The translations under genes were made by a program, and so were the position numbers. DNA of 63,992 bases, counting the filler, from Reclinomonas americana ATCC 50394 (lineage: Eukaryota): NCBI GenBank assembly GCA_048213135.1. It is 15 parts of 15 records of this genome, joined end to end, with 100 filler letters (N's around TTAATTAATTAA, not from the genome) between each part and the next. Parts side by side here need not be neighbours in the genome. Positions count along the whole stretch, not along the records: positions 36,201 to 45,736 come from AFZH01019772.1; positions 45,837 to 53,283 come from AFZH01019773.1; 13 more parts are not named here. The stretch is one strand, 5' to 3'. How positions within the stretch are numbered: the stretch's first letter is position 1; the number at the start of each line of letters is the position of its first letter. The notes beneath the pieces were generated by a model. The model made no database searches and had not been told where the DNA came from. It was given only the letters and a program-made list of their open reading frames with translations. Below, one piece after another: positions 36,993 to 49,900 of this stretch.

Positions 36993-39900
36993 ATGACAGA
37001 TCGCGCCGCCGATTCGTCTGAATCATCAAGATCAATGGGCGACGAGGGCGACGACGAGGCACAACGCATCCTGGCCGGCATGCACCCCGAGGCACTGCGT
37101 GTGCTCGCGGAGCTGCATGAGGAGGTCTCTGCGCGGTTACCGCTGGACAGTTGCGTGAGATCAGGCAATGCTCACACAGTCACGAGTGGGGGAGTGAGTG
37201 GGTGGGTGTGTGGGAGAGTGGGAGAGAGTGCCCTTGGTAGTGCGTAGCCACACAGCGCCTGGCGGGTGCTTGTTTGTTTTGTCGCGTGGGTGCTGTTTTC
37301 GGCCATGTGCACATTCACATCATCCACTTGCAGGGGAGGCCGAGGACTTTTTCCGTGACTCGGAGGAGGAGTGGGATGAGGAGGATCGTCCGTATGCGGA
37401 GGATGAGGCGTCGGCGGTGGAGATGGATGTGGCGGTGCATGTGCAGGTGGGAAGGGGAAGATAAGGGGAAGGAGGAAGGGAGGGGGGATAAGGGGAAGGG
37501 AGGGAAGGAGAGGAGGGAGGAGGGAGACAGAGAAGGGAGGGAGATGGTTCTGTAAGGGAGAGAAGAGAGACAGAGAGAGGGAAGGGAGAGAGAGAGGGAG
37601 GAAAGGAGGTGGTTATGAGAAAGATAGCGAGAGAAGGGAAGGGAGAGGGAGAGAATGACAGACAGCAGAGAATGATGCAGAGAGATCCTGAGAAAGAGAG
37701 AGGTGAGGGTGAGGAAGGGAGGGAGATGGTTGTGTAGAGAAGGAGAAAGATAGAGGAAGAAAGGGAGTGAAGAGAGATAAGGGGAAGAGAGAGGAGGGGG
37801 AGACAAAGAGAGAGGGACGGGAGAGAGGGAGAGAGAGAATGACAGCTGGCGTGTGCGAGACAACGAGAATGAGAGGCAGCAGAGATTGATGCAGAGACGG
37901 ATGCAGAGTGATAGAGAGGTTGTGTGAGACAGAGGGAGAGAGAGGAGAGCAGGTGAAAGGGAGGCTGAGAGGGAGGCAGCGGAGAAGGATGCAATGAGAG
38001 CAAGAGATGTTCTAGTGAGAGAGGTGTCTGGGATGAGAGGCAGCGAAGAAGAACGCAGAGAGAGTAAGTGACACAGAGATAGAGAGGTTGTGTGAGCGAA
38101 AGAGAGACATGGATGAGGGAGAGAGAGAGAGAGAGAGACGAGAGTAATGGGAGACTGAGAGGGATTAGAGAGAATGTATGCGTGTGAGAGAGAGAGCAGA
38201 GAAGGATGTAGGGAGCAAGAAAATTGAGTGTGTGGGATACAAAAAAAGAGAGACAGCAGAGAATGATGCAGAGAAAGAAAGGGAGGGTGCATGTGAGAGA
38301 GGGAGAGAGATAGGTGAGGGGAGAGAGACAGGAGAATGATGGGAGAGAGACAGGAGAATGATGGGAGAGAGAATGGAGAGTTTGTGTACGTGGGAACGAG
38401 AGAGTAGAGAAGGATGCAGAGAAAGCAAGTGCATGAGAAAAAGATTAAGGCGTGTGAGAGAGAGAGGAGCGCAAGCGATTCTGTGTGCTGACGGTGGTGG
38501 TTGTGATTGCAGGGCGAGTGGCGTGGCGAGAGTGCTGGTGGCTCGCATTTGGCGGACGCGGAGGCATCTGGAGAGACGACAATGTGGCAACGGAATCCCG
38601 CCTTCCGCTTTCGTTTCGTGACACGAGGGGAGGGAGAGTTGCCCGAGTCGATTCCGCTGCGCATTCGGTTGCGCACGTTGCCAGTGGATGGTGCTGGAGA
38701 AAAGGTGGAAGGGGCGGCGGAGGCGGTGGCGGAAGGAGCAGCACCTGCGGCGGCTGGGTCTTCGTCGCTGTTGGTCTCCTTCTATCTGTTTGATGTGGAA
38801 GCAGGTGAGATTGGAGAAGGAGGAGTGGAGTTGAGAATGGGTGACTGACGATAAGAGCAGGTGCGCCACCGTCGTGGGACCCGGATGCGTTTGATTGTCT
38901 GCTGTATCCGGAGGATGTGGAGGATTTTTACAGGGATAATGGTGAGCGCGGAGAGGAAGAAGGAAGGAAAGGAGACTGAGTGGAGAGGGAGGGGGAGTGC
39001 GTGACATTGTCTCTGTTTTGAGTGGACGATGCAGAAGAAAATTGGTTGTTTTCTATGAGTGGGATGTTTCTGTTTGTAGTGGACGATGCAGAAGAAAATT
39101 AGTTGTTTGCTATGAGAGAGATAAGTGCAGCAGAGAAGTGCTGAGATATTTGCTTTTTGATAGAAGGCCGTGCTGCACTGCAATTATCAAAGCTGTCTGC
39201 GAGTGAGTAAGAGATTCACATCAGTGTGGACAGGCATCATTCAGTCAATATAGCGTGAGGCTCTGTGCTCGGAGATTGTGTCTTTGTATCATGACAAGCT
39301 TCCAGGACACAGTTCACCGATGATTGCGAGTGATCGTGAGCGGATTTAACAGAGATGGTCTGTTGTTGCAGACTCGTCCCGCACGCTGTGTGTTGTGACT
39401 GGTAGATCTTGAGGTGTTGCGAGTGATCGTTGTTATTGTTGTGTGGAAATGTGGTCTCGTTGCTGTGATGGTTGCGATAGATCGTGAGGTGTTTGCACTG
39501 AGATAGAGTGTGACTCCAGACTCTCGCGGGCTGTGTGCTCTTGTGATTGCAGATGCTATGCAGCGAGATTGTGTTGCACAACAGTTTCACCGATGAATGC
39601 GAGTGGATCAGAGATGGTGTGTGGTTGCAGGCTCTTGCAGGTTGTGTGCTGTGATGCAGTGTTGTGCAGAGAGATGTGAATTAGAATTGCACAGACTCTC
39701 AAGGCAAGTCTTGTTTGTTGCTGTGATAGATCGTGAGGGTGAATGCATAGTGGAGTGCATTGAGGTGGAGCAACGTGCTCTAATGATTGCAACCAATAGT
39801 TTTAAGCGCTGAGCGCTTGCGTGTGTGAAACTGCTTCGATGACGTATTTCGCCGCTGATAGTAATAATAGAAACAACACTGATCCATACACTACAATGAG

Positions 39901-40424
39901 CATCTACCAGTGATCGTTGTAACAGCTGAGGATCAGTATTGTGCAGAGTGGTGAAGTGGTTGCAGACCTTGTGATACAGTTTGGAATGAGTGTGAGAGTT
40001 GCTGATGCTTCGCAGTGAGATTACTTGCATGTGTCACGGTATGCACTGCTTTGTTGAGATCAAGTGCACCTCACGACACTGCCACAGGGAAGAACAACAG
40101 TGCACTTGATGTTTAGCGTAATAGAACCTTCGTTGATCCATGAGCATCTGCCAGTGATCGTCAACGAGTCTCGTGCGCTTTCCTTCTGCATCTAAAACTG
40201 TTTGTGCTTGAGATTCGTGTGTGAGACCTCATTCTCTCCCCTCTTCTCTTTCGTCTAACTTCTCTCGTTTTCTGCACGCAGTGGACCTCTTCTGCACGGT
40301 CACCGGCAGAGAGAAGGTGCTGGTACCCGTGACGCTGCGGGCGGGTCACGAGGCGCGCTTCGAGCTGACGATTCTGTCGCCGCCAACAGTGGCCGTGGAG
40401 TTGGTGCCGCCATCGTCAACGTAG
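36993..40424 (+). CDS. Acidic N-terminus plus stand-alone calpain domain III (C2-like) protein
   Basis: VQ|GEWRGESAGG...WQRNPAFRF, VSFYLFD and VLVPVTLRAGHEARFELTILS match calpain-III motifs. No protease core exons seen. Confidence 0.65.
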
Positions 40425-40488
40425 CGCGCGCTGTATGTGTGTGAGGGTCGATGAAATGACAGCACCTTGTTTAATGCTCGTGTGTCTA

Positions 40489-41685
40489 CTACATATGGGC
40501 CTGCATCGGTGGTTGTGCCGCCGCGGCAGGCTGCGGGTGCATGACGGCCACTTGCATGCGGCACCACGACTCAAAGTCGCGGCGCAGCGTGCTCACGGTA
40601 CTTTCGCCGGCCGCGACACGATCCTGCACGCCGCGCACCTCGTGTGCGAGGCTGTTGAACTGCGCCTGCAGCTGTCCACTCGCAATCTGTCGGGGTTCCG
40701 TGCGCGCACTCAGGATGCCTGTTGGCTGTCGCGGTGAGTACCACCTGTGTGTACATGGAGCAAGGTGGTGCGAGACGTAACCGAGCCAGAGCATAATGAC
40801 AATGGTGGCGATGATGCCGACGAAAACGAACGTCGCCACGGACGGAAGCTCGATGAACACGTTTTGCACTTGAGGAGGAACCACTGCCTCAATCATCTGC
40901 ACGGTGTCTGTGGTGCGCATGCGTGCGTCAGTGCACTGCTTCCCTCTCTTCCCGCAACAGTCATCGACTGAACGCAACTCGGAATTTGTGCCTTGGTGCT
41001 CGAGCTCAGGTGGGCGATGAGAACTGCGGTGAGGAGAGTAAGAGTCTATGTGCGCAGAGCGAGATCGATCGTCCTCACGCAACACTTGGTGCCTACTGTC
41101 AGAGCCACACCGATGATCAGCACGACCATGGCCACGGTGGAACGCATGTCGTTGGCGAAGCATCGGCCAAAGATCTTGCCAAAGAGGAAGACGGCAATGG
41201 GCACGCCAAAGAGCAGAGCCGTCAGCGTCAGTGAGAATGCTTGCACTTCGCTCGCCATGAATGCAGAAAAAATTACGATTGTGAATTGAACCGCAATCGG
41301 TGACGGGACGATGTCGGGTATGGGGAGAAATCCGGCAACTCGCTGCAACACGTGGTGCGTTTCGTCTCTGACACCAGTGCATTCGGTCGGTTCGAGAGGT
41401 GCCAGCAGCGTGGATGGAGAGGCCGGCGCGCGATGGACGGGTCGGTAATGAGGAGGCTTACAAGAATGTCGATTCGATATTGCAAGTGGGAGTCCCCGAG
41501 AAAATCTCCACATTAATCTCGGTGGCAAAGAGGAAGTTGCTGACGGTGGCTTGCGCACCAGCTGCTGGCGGGATCCTGCCTGGAGCTGTCAGTATACTAG
41601 TATCCTTGATCATGAGGCGGTCACGGGGATAGTGCCCGCGCCACTTACTCGGCGTATGCAGCTTGTAGTACGTGCCAAACGTCAT
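40489..41685 (-). CDS. Hypothetical multi-pass membrane protein with C-terminal coiled coil
   Basis: Spliced model with hydrophobic segments (FSLTLTALLFGVPIAVFLF, VAMVVLIIGVALTV, FVFVGIIATIVIMLWLG) and QLQAQFNSLAHEVRGVQDRV. Start codon uncertain. Confidence 0.55.
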
Positions 41686-41920
41686 CGACAGCCCGCATTG
41701 CGCAGTGGAGGTCAGCTGCATGCGCAATCATGATATCGAACGACGTCGACGTCGACGTCGCTGCTCTCACCATCATCGCCTCTCTCTCCTCCCACCGAGT
41801 CAGAGATTATCCTGCGTTCGCCACAGCACGATTCACTCGCGAGCGCGATGCTCACCAATGTTTTTCCGCATGCAAAGAGTTTGCCACACAGGACAAGAAT
41901 CGCAACTTCGTTCATTCACA

Positions 41921-43007
41921 ATGCGCGCAAGGCAAACGGCGCTCCTCCCGAGCACCGCTGTGCTCCTACTCCTGCTCGCTCTTCCACTCGTCGCATTATG
42001 CGATCCGCAGACAGCGCAATGTCGTCTGTGCTCGCCGAAACAGGCACTCTTCCGACCACCACATGTGAGTGAGACTCGCAAAGAGAGAGGGAGAAGAGGG
42101 AGAAGAGAGAGAGATCAGAGGGAGAAGGGAGATGAGGGAGAAGAGAGGGTGTGTGTCTCTGTGCCTCTGTATCTCATTGTCGCGCGCGCTCTCTCTCTCT
42201 CTGTCGCGCGCGCCTTCTTTCACTGTCGCTCTCTCTCTCTATCTCCTCTCTCTCTGTCACTCTCTCCTCTCTCTCTCTCTCTGTCGCTCTCTCTCTCTCT
42301 CTGTGATAATGAGAAAGTGCATTTTTTCTTACCAACTCTCCCGCCATGCATGAATCTCACTCTGCTCTTCTTTTTATCTCACTCTCCTCCAAACAGACGC
42401 GTTGGTACGGTCCATTTACGGCGACTGGAATGGGATTCGATGAGTTTGGCGAGTTTGGTGTGTGTTTGCGGGAGGACGATGCGGTGTTTGACGCGACGGA
42501 GAGTGCGATGCGGGAGGCGTCGGTGGGCTCGCGCTTTCATGCGTCGATTGTGGCCAATCGCATCAGCTCTGTGCGGTTGGCGGAGTTGAGGGTGTGTGTG
42601 TGGGGGGAAAGGGGAAGGGTGAGGGCGGAGATGGGGAGAGGTGCTGATTGTGTGTTTGTTTGTGCAGAGGGAGGTTGCTGGCGTGTATGGTGGGGTGGTG
42701 AGTTGAAAGGGAAAGGGGATGGAGAGGGGAAGGGAAAGGGAGAGGGAGTAGAAGGGAACTGGGAGCAGGCGCACTTGAGACGAAAGGAAGAGAAGAAGCA
42801 TGGAGCAGTCCCTTGATTCCAGATAAGAGAGAGAGAGAGAGAGAGCAATGAAGAGGAAGTCGGGAGGAGGGAAGCTAAGGCAGAGCGAGTCGTGGGGCAG
42901 AGAAAGCCGGCGATCAGCATTCGACCGGTTCTTGTGCTTGGAAGATAGCCTCAGTGACGTGGGAGTTGCACTGTTTGCACACGAGAAACAGTTGTTGAAT
43001 CCAATTT

Positions 43008-43038
<31 letters not shown>

Positions 43039-45101
43039 AACGAAGAGGAAAGTCGTGTGCAAGAGGGGAGGTGGGAAACGGAGAGGGAGTGAGAGATGCG
43101 ACAGAGAGAGAGAGAGAGAGAATGCGTTCCACATTCGACCAGTCATGGTGCTTCTTGTGCTTGGAAGATAGCCTCAGTGATGTGGGAGTCGCACTGTCGC
43201 ACACGAGAAGCAGTTCTTGATTCCAAATTGCACAGAGAGAGAGAGAGAGAGAGAAAAGGCTTTCTCAATTCGTACAATGACTGTTTGCTTGTGCTCGGAA
43301 GCTGATTGGCATCATCATTCCTGAGCGCGAGAAACAGTTTCTTGCTTCCAATTTGCAGAGAGAGAGAGAGAGAGAAGACATGCCACTCAAGAAGGCACTG
43401 TAGTTTTGTGCTTCAACTTCGGCCTCATTGAAGTGCAGTCTCTTTGACTGCACCCTTCTCCATCTTCTCTCTCCATCATCTCTCTCTTCATCTCCTTTGC
43501 GCCCTCAAGAGGAGCGATTCTCACCATCATCACAGGCCGCCTCCAACGTTCTGGACTCTACCACTGTGCCACTTCATCCTGGTTGCGTGACGCTCACTCA
43601 GTCGTTTCGCACGACTTCTTCGCCACTGACCACACGCGTGTTGCAGAGGGTGTCATGCAATTTGCAATGGATTACGGCAAGGCGCTGGTGAGAGAGACTG
43701 TGTGTGTATGTGCATGTATGTGCGTCCGTTTGTATAAGTACATGTATGTGTGTGTGCATGTGTTCGTGTGTGCATGTGTTTGTGAATGTGTGTGTGAGAG
43801 AGAGAGAGAGAGACAGGCGAAAAAGGCACACACGCGCGCGCGCTCTCTCTCTCTCTCTCGCACACATCACTTCCTTCCTCGCCTCTCTCACTCTCTCCCC
43901 CCTCTCTCTCTTCCTCCCTCTCTCGCATTGTCATTTCTCTTCCTTCCTCTCCGTTTGCTTCCTCTCCCCTTTCCCTCTCTGCTCCCTTTCCCTCCCTTCT
44001 CACTCTCGCGCTCATTCACTCGCGCTTACTTTGTATATGTGTGAAAGAGACTCTCCTTCACCTCACATGATGCTCACCAACAACCACGCAGCGACCGAAC
44101 TTGCGCATCACCGTGACCTCCACCTCACCACCCATTCTCCTCGCCGTGCCCGAAGAGCCGGCCAGTGAGGTTTGACGCCATGCGCTGTGGCACGAAAAAA
44201 GACGCACGCTGACAGCTCCCACCACAGGTCCTCTTGCGCAGTGGTTTGTACCAGCAGACGGCCACCGCCATTGGTCTGCGCTTGTTCAGGAAGCACTGCA
44301 AGGCGCCGCGTCTGCCGGGCAAGAAAGCACCGTTGGTGCTGGATGTCGGAGTTGTGTACGACTCCCTCTCCATCTCCTTCATGCTCCCGACTCAAATTGT
44401 GTGACGCAACGCAGGCCGGTGTCGGGTACTTTGGTCTGTTGGCGGCCGCCCACGGGTGTCGCGCAGTGCTGGTCGAACCGCACCCGCTGATGGCGTCGCT
44501 GGCGCGTCTGAATGTGCTGCTCAACGGTTTCAACGATCGGGTGACGGTGCTGGAGGCGGCAGCGTGGGATCGCAGTGGCCTCGGTGCTCAGCTGATTGGT
44601 GTTGTTGCGTTGCGGGGGTTTCAGTGGGCGACTGACCGCCAAGAGATGGGAGCTCACTCCTGTACTCGCGATGCAGGACACATTCTCGTCGTACGTCGGC
44701 AAGACATTCGACATTACCGACAATGGTGAGGCAGTGACGGTGGCTCTCGATGACAAGTTCTTGGAGCCGGTGGTTTTGGTGCGTTTGTTGAAGAGCTGTA
44801 CAATCTTTGAATGCATGACTGATTCGCGTGTATACAGGCTCGAATCGATGCGGGAGGTGACGAGAAGAGAGTGCTCACTGGTATGCATCGCCTGTTGTCC
44901 GGCGGCCTGGTGCTCAACATCATTCTCGACCAGAGCATCTATGATGCCAAGGTACTTTGTTGTGTGGTGGGCGGTTAGTTGTGCTGCTCAGTGGCTGACT
45001 TGTCGCGTTGCAGAGCATGACGCAGCGATCGTTGGAGAATAAGATGCTGTGGACACAGCTCAAAGTGCATGGCCAACCGCGTGCAATGAACTGGCGAGAG
45101 G
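41921..45101 (+). CDS. FkbM-family SAM-dependent methyltransferase with signal peptide/anchor
   Basis: N-terminal AVLLLLLALPLVALC. Motifs LVLDVG|AGVGYFGLLAA..VLVEPHP..NVLLNGFNDRVTVLEAAAW, TVALDD and ARIDAGGDEKRVLTGM. Confidence 0.82.
42920..43370. repeat. Intronic degenerate tandem repeat (3 copies)
   Basis: Recurrent cttgtgct.ggaag...cgagaa.cagtt.ttg..tccaa.ttgca followed by (GA)n. Confidence 0.7.
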
Positions 45102-45535
45102 GTGAGTGAAGGGCGAGAGAGGGAGGAGATGTGAGCAGAGAGCGAGAGAGAGAGGTGATGAGAGATGAGAGAGAAAGGGAGAAAGGTGACAGGGAGACAG
45201 AGAGAGGGAGTGAGAGACAGAAGGTGACCGGGCTCTGCGTGTACTCTTACAACTCCAGTGCTATTCCACCCACCGACGGAGAAAGAGAGAGGAAGAGATA
45301 GGGAGAGAGGAAGTGAGAGAAAGAAAGCAAGACAGAGGGAATGAGTGTGCGAGTAGGTGACAGGGAGAGAGAAAGAGAAAGGAAGAGAGAGAGAGAGTGC
45401 CTCCTGAAACGGAAGATGGCTGTTGGAGAAGAGTAACTGTGTGTCTGTTTATTGTTGGTGTGCCAAGGTCATTGTCGGCAAGGGATTTGTCGACATTTGT
45501 CGCATTATTGCAATGTGGCGAATGAAGTGTTTTAT

Positions 45536-45608
<73 letters not shown>

Positions 45609-45611
45609 GAC

Positions 45612-45726
45612 GACGTACGTACGTACGTACGTAGTACGTAGTACGTACGTACGTACGTACGTACGTAACGTAACGTAACGTAACGTACGTACGTACGTAC
45701 GTACGTACGTACGTACGTACGTACGT
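45612..45726. repeat. Self-complementary (ACGT)n microsatellite with an internal (AACGT)n block
   Basis: Direct read of acgtacgtacgt... running into the gap. Confidence 0.9.
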
Positions 45727-45872
45727 CGTCGTTCGTNNNNNNNNNNNNNNNNNNNNNNNNNNNNNNNNNNNNNNNNNNNNTTAATTAATTAANNNNNNNN
45801 NNNNNNNNNNNNNNNNNNNNNNNNNNNNNNNNNNNNCTCTCTCCTCCGTCGTCGTCGTCGTCGTCGTACGAC

Positions 45873-45919
<47 letters not shown>

Positions 45920-46589
45920 AAAGAGACAGACACGCGCACTTTTGTTGAACAGTTATGACTGCAAGTCAATGAACAGAAGTGGCCTCTCGAGCTGCACTTG
46001 TGCTTGTTGTGTGCTGATCGTGTCGGTTGTGGGACTCACTGGTGGTGCGCAGAGTACCTGTCGAGAGTGCCGCCGACGTTTACATCGTTGCGTTGTTTGT
46101 GATGAATAGAGTGAGAAGGAGGGAGGAGGAGGAGGAGGTCGAGAAGATATTCGTATGTCAGTGTTGATTTGCGCTGCCGCTTTCTGTGTTGCATTTTGAG
46201 AGAGAGAGAGAGAGAGAGAACGATGTGAAGGAGGAGGTCGAGAGGCCAGTTGTAATTCCTTGTTGTTCTTTCGCACTCACGCTCTGCGATGCAAGAAAAG
46301 AAGAGAGAAAGAGAGAGATTGTGCGTCCGTGTTGATTCACACCCACGACTGTGTGAAATATGAATGGAGAGAGTGAGAGACAGAGAGAGAGAGAATGCGG
46401 AAGATTCGTTGATATGAACAGCAAGATGAATCGTGTAACGTGAGAAGTATTGTTGTGTATAACGTAGTTGTTGTCTCACTCTCTTCATTTTCCCAACTCG
46501 CACAGAGATCCGATAACCCAATGCAATGTGAGTTGGTGCATTCCTCCTCTCCCTGTGTCTATACTCATCTCTCGCTGTGTGTGATTAGC

Positions 46590-46891
46590 TGGTGGAGATG
46601 ACGGAGGAGGTCTCGGTGGGCTCGCAGCCATTCACCTGGTTCACTCTTGAGGGTGCGGAGGTGGACCGGCTCGGCAAGCCGGCCGTGCCACTGCCGACTG
46701 GCAGTGAGCCCGACAACAATCCCGAGTGCCACTACAGTGGCTCTTCACCGTACCGCATGCCGCTGCTGGCGGATGAGATCCGGCAGTCCATGGGGTACTA
46801 CGGACAGGTGCGTGGTAGTGCGCCGGCGTCGGCGGCCACGATGGCGAAGCCGGAGAAGAAGGAGCGGTTGATGGAACCGAATCCGTGGTGA
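46590..46891 (+). CDS. Terminal exon, probably of the FkbM gene across the gap
   Basis: A TTAG acceptor is followed by a GC-rich open frame LVEMTEEV..MEPNPW*. Linkage to the FkbM gene is inferred. Confidence 0.5.
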
Positions 46892-46944
46892 GCGAGTGAA
46901 AGAGGGTAATGTGTTTGCGATGGTCCTTGATTTTATTTACTTCA

Positions 46945-49900
46945 CTACAACGCGAGAGAAAACATTGGCGGTCGCTGATTGGCAAGCTCTTGCCGCAGCT
47001 TACCGAGACGTTGAGTGAGCGCGTGATTGACAGAAAGCACCCGCTTGGCGTCGTCGTACAGGGTGCAGAGCTCGACTCGGATTGCATCGCTCACGTCTCC
47101 CTGCTTCTCGATCCGCAGCCTGACGATGTCGAACTGTGCCTCAATTATTGCTGGATGCTCGGCGTCGAATGACTTCTTCCGGTTGTTCAGCACGTCACTA
47201 TAGAGCTCGCCAGCCTTCTTCGGATTGCCAGCCGCCTCGTGGCAGCGCGCCAAGTTGATCAGCGCAGCAACAGTGTCGGGATGCATCTTGCCAAGGAGTT
47301 GTCGGCGACCTCGGTAAACCTGCTGGTGCTTTTCGAGAGCGTCATTCTTCTGAACCGAGTCGTCCAGCTCCTGCAGCGACAGTGCCAGGTTGGAGCACGC
47401 ATTGATTGTCTCCAGTCGATCGGGTCCTGCAGTGCTCTCCAACGCCTCCAGCACGCGGCGTTGATGAACCACAGCCTCCGAAATCCGTTTCTGTCGCTGT
47501 AGGAACAACGACAACTGGCTGTACGCAGACACAGTGTCCGAGTGCGTAGGTCCAGACGTGCCCTCCACGTCGGTCACCGCATTGCGCAAGACCTGCTCTG
47601 CTTCCGCCAGTCTGTCCAGCGACTCCAGAGTCCGTGCATAGCTGAAGCGCGCATCGAGCGTGTTCCGGTGGTGTTTGCCGAACGACTGGAGAGAGCGTTC
47701 GATTTCTGCCTCCTGGTGCCGCAGAAAGTCGGCATCGTCAACCTCGCCCAGGTTGTGCCGCACTCGCAACATCTCGCCCTTGAAGAACGTGCGTTGTAGG
47801 TGCTTCTCCCCGCAGTGTTGCAACACCAGTTCCAGTTGGCTCTTCGCATCCGTCAACTTGTTAGCGGACAACAGAATCCGTGCCAGCCCGTAACGAGTGT
47901 CCACAGTCCTGATATCGTGGACACCAAACTGCCTTTCCTGCAGCGCCAAAACCGAGCGCTGCAGTTCCTCAGCTTCACCGAGCTGGCCAGCAACTCGCAG
48001 CATCATCGCCAAGTTCTTGCGAGCGTGAACAGTCGCCGGATGGTTCTCACGGAGGAGTTGCTCTCTTTCTTTGACGATGGATCGCTGAAGCGTAACGGCC
48101 TCCCGGATGCGGTCCAACGAGAACAGTGCCAAGGCGTAGTTGTGTCGCGTCATAATCGTGTAGAGATGCGAAGGACCCAACGCACTCTCCTGATCGGTGA
48201 GCGCGCGGTGGAGCGTGTCCTTGGCCTCCATCACGTCCCCACGGTCACGGAAAATGAGAGCGAGGTTGCTACGTGCTGCGCTCGTCAGTGGATGTCGATA
48301 CCCGAAGGTGTACTCGCTGGCCGCCACCGCTTGTAGCTGCTCGTCAATGGCCATGAGCCAGAAGTTGCGACCGCGGTTGAAGAGCGTGAGTGCGAGCTGA
48401 TTGCGAACGTCGATAGTGTCAGGATGTTTCGCCCCGAGAACGGCCACGTGGTCCGCAAGCACAGCACGCAGTTGTCGCTCCAGCGCTGCGACTTCGTCCT
48501 CCTGCTGGTGCGGTTGCGGCTGCCGACCGGGAGACTTTGCCAGCAGAACCACTTGCTTGTAGCGAGTTGTCGTCGTGTCGGGGTCACAGTCGCCGAAGAG
48601 GCGCCTCTGTTCCGCAAGCACCGTGTTGAACTCACTGGTGGCCTTCTCCGCCTGACCGCACTGATAGTACAGCTCGGCAAGCAAGCGCCGTGCAGCCAGG
48701 GTCTTTCGGTCAGCAGCACCGATGGCCTTCTCCAAGTTGTTGACCACGTCCTTCTGCACCGACAGGGCTTCCTTGTAACGTTGAGCATGCTGCAACGTCT
48801 TCGCCAGCTTCTGTCGCGCCGCGAGAACTGCCGGCGAGGCGTCGGCAGGGTCGACTGATTTCAGCCGGTCGCGGTAGATGTCGTCAATCACCTCTGACCA
48901 GCGGCCGAGGTAAGTCAGAATATCGGCACGCTGGTCGTCGATTCTGTGTGACAATTCCACATTGCTGGTCGCATCGTCACGTTTCTTTCGCAGATCGAGC
49001 AGTTCAAGCGCACGCTCTGCTGCGCGATAGTCATCCTGCCCATTCCATATGAGTGAGCCATTGATTAGCTGCGGCAGCAGTGCTGTCAGCTAACACTCAC
49101 AACCACAATGCGGTTGAACTCGTCACGAGTTGAGCTCTGCGGACGGAAGGCGTACATTCCCAGCAGCACGCCGATATCTTCGCGGAACCAGTCTGCCATA
49201 GGGATATGCTTCTTACCTTCAAGAGCGTCAACAATGAGTACATCTTCAATAAATCTAAATATCTAGACTCTAAATGTCATCAACAGCACAAGCAACTGAC
49301 CATCACTGCGTTCTTGCAGGTCGGAGATAACATTGACCAGTCCTCGCACTCGCGTTGAGAAGGCGTCCGCTGTGTTGCTATCACATGAGCTCTCATTGCG
49401 GTACAGGAAGAAATTCGGAGCACTGCCAAGCATACCGGCGGGATCGGTGTATGCGTCGTCGACAAACTCGCCAAGAGCATGGAGCACATCAAGTGCAAAC
49501 AATGCTCTCTCGTCTTGCACGAGAGATCGGCAATCTGCGATAGAAAATCAGCGCTCAGTGCGCTTAAGAAAATCTCAAGGAAACGTCAAGTCTCAACGCA
49601 CCACGGTACGCTTTGGAGAGCGAACTTTCGATTTTGGCGCGCAGGCGTGGTCCCAAGTGATGGTCCAGTGTCTTCACTACCTTCTCGTCCAACATCTTGA
49701 ATGCCTCCTCCAAGTACTTGCGCACATCTCTGACATTTGTCCACGGAACAGCACCCTCTGCGACGTCGATCGTCAGTCATAAAGTCGAGAACTGAAGATG
49801 CCACTGCAGCTGATCACCCACTTGGATCGGAAGCGGACACATGTACAGTGTTCAACAGAGGCAATCCGCGCAGTGCGCATTCGAATGTGCTTGTCACCAT

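Noticed and set aside
37315..38676. 453-aa Leu/Ser-rich ORF and similar ORFs at 25281, 26268 and 59890
   Set aside because: Read-through of stop-poor CT/GA intronic tracts.
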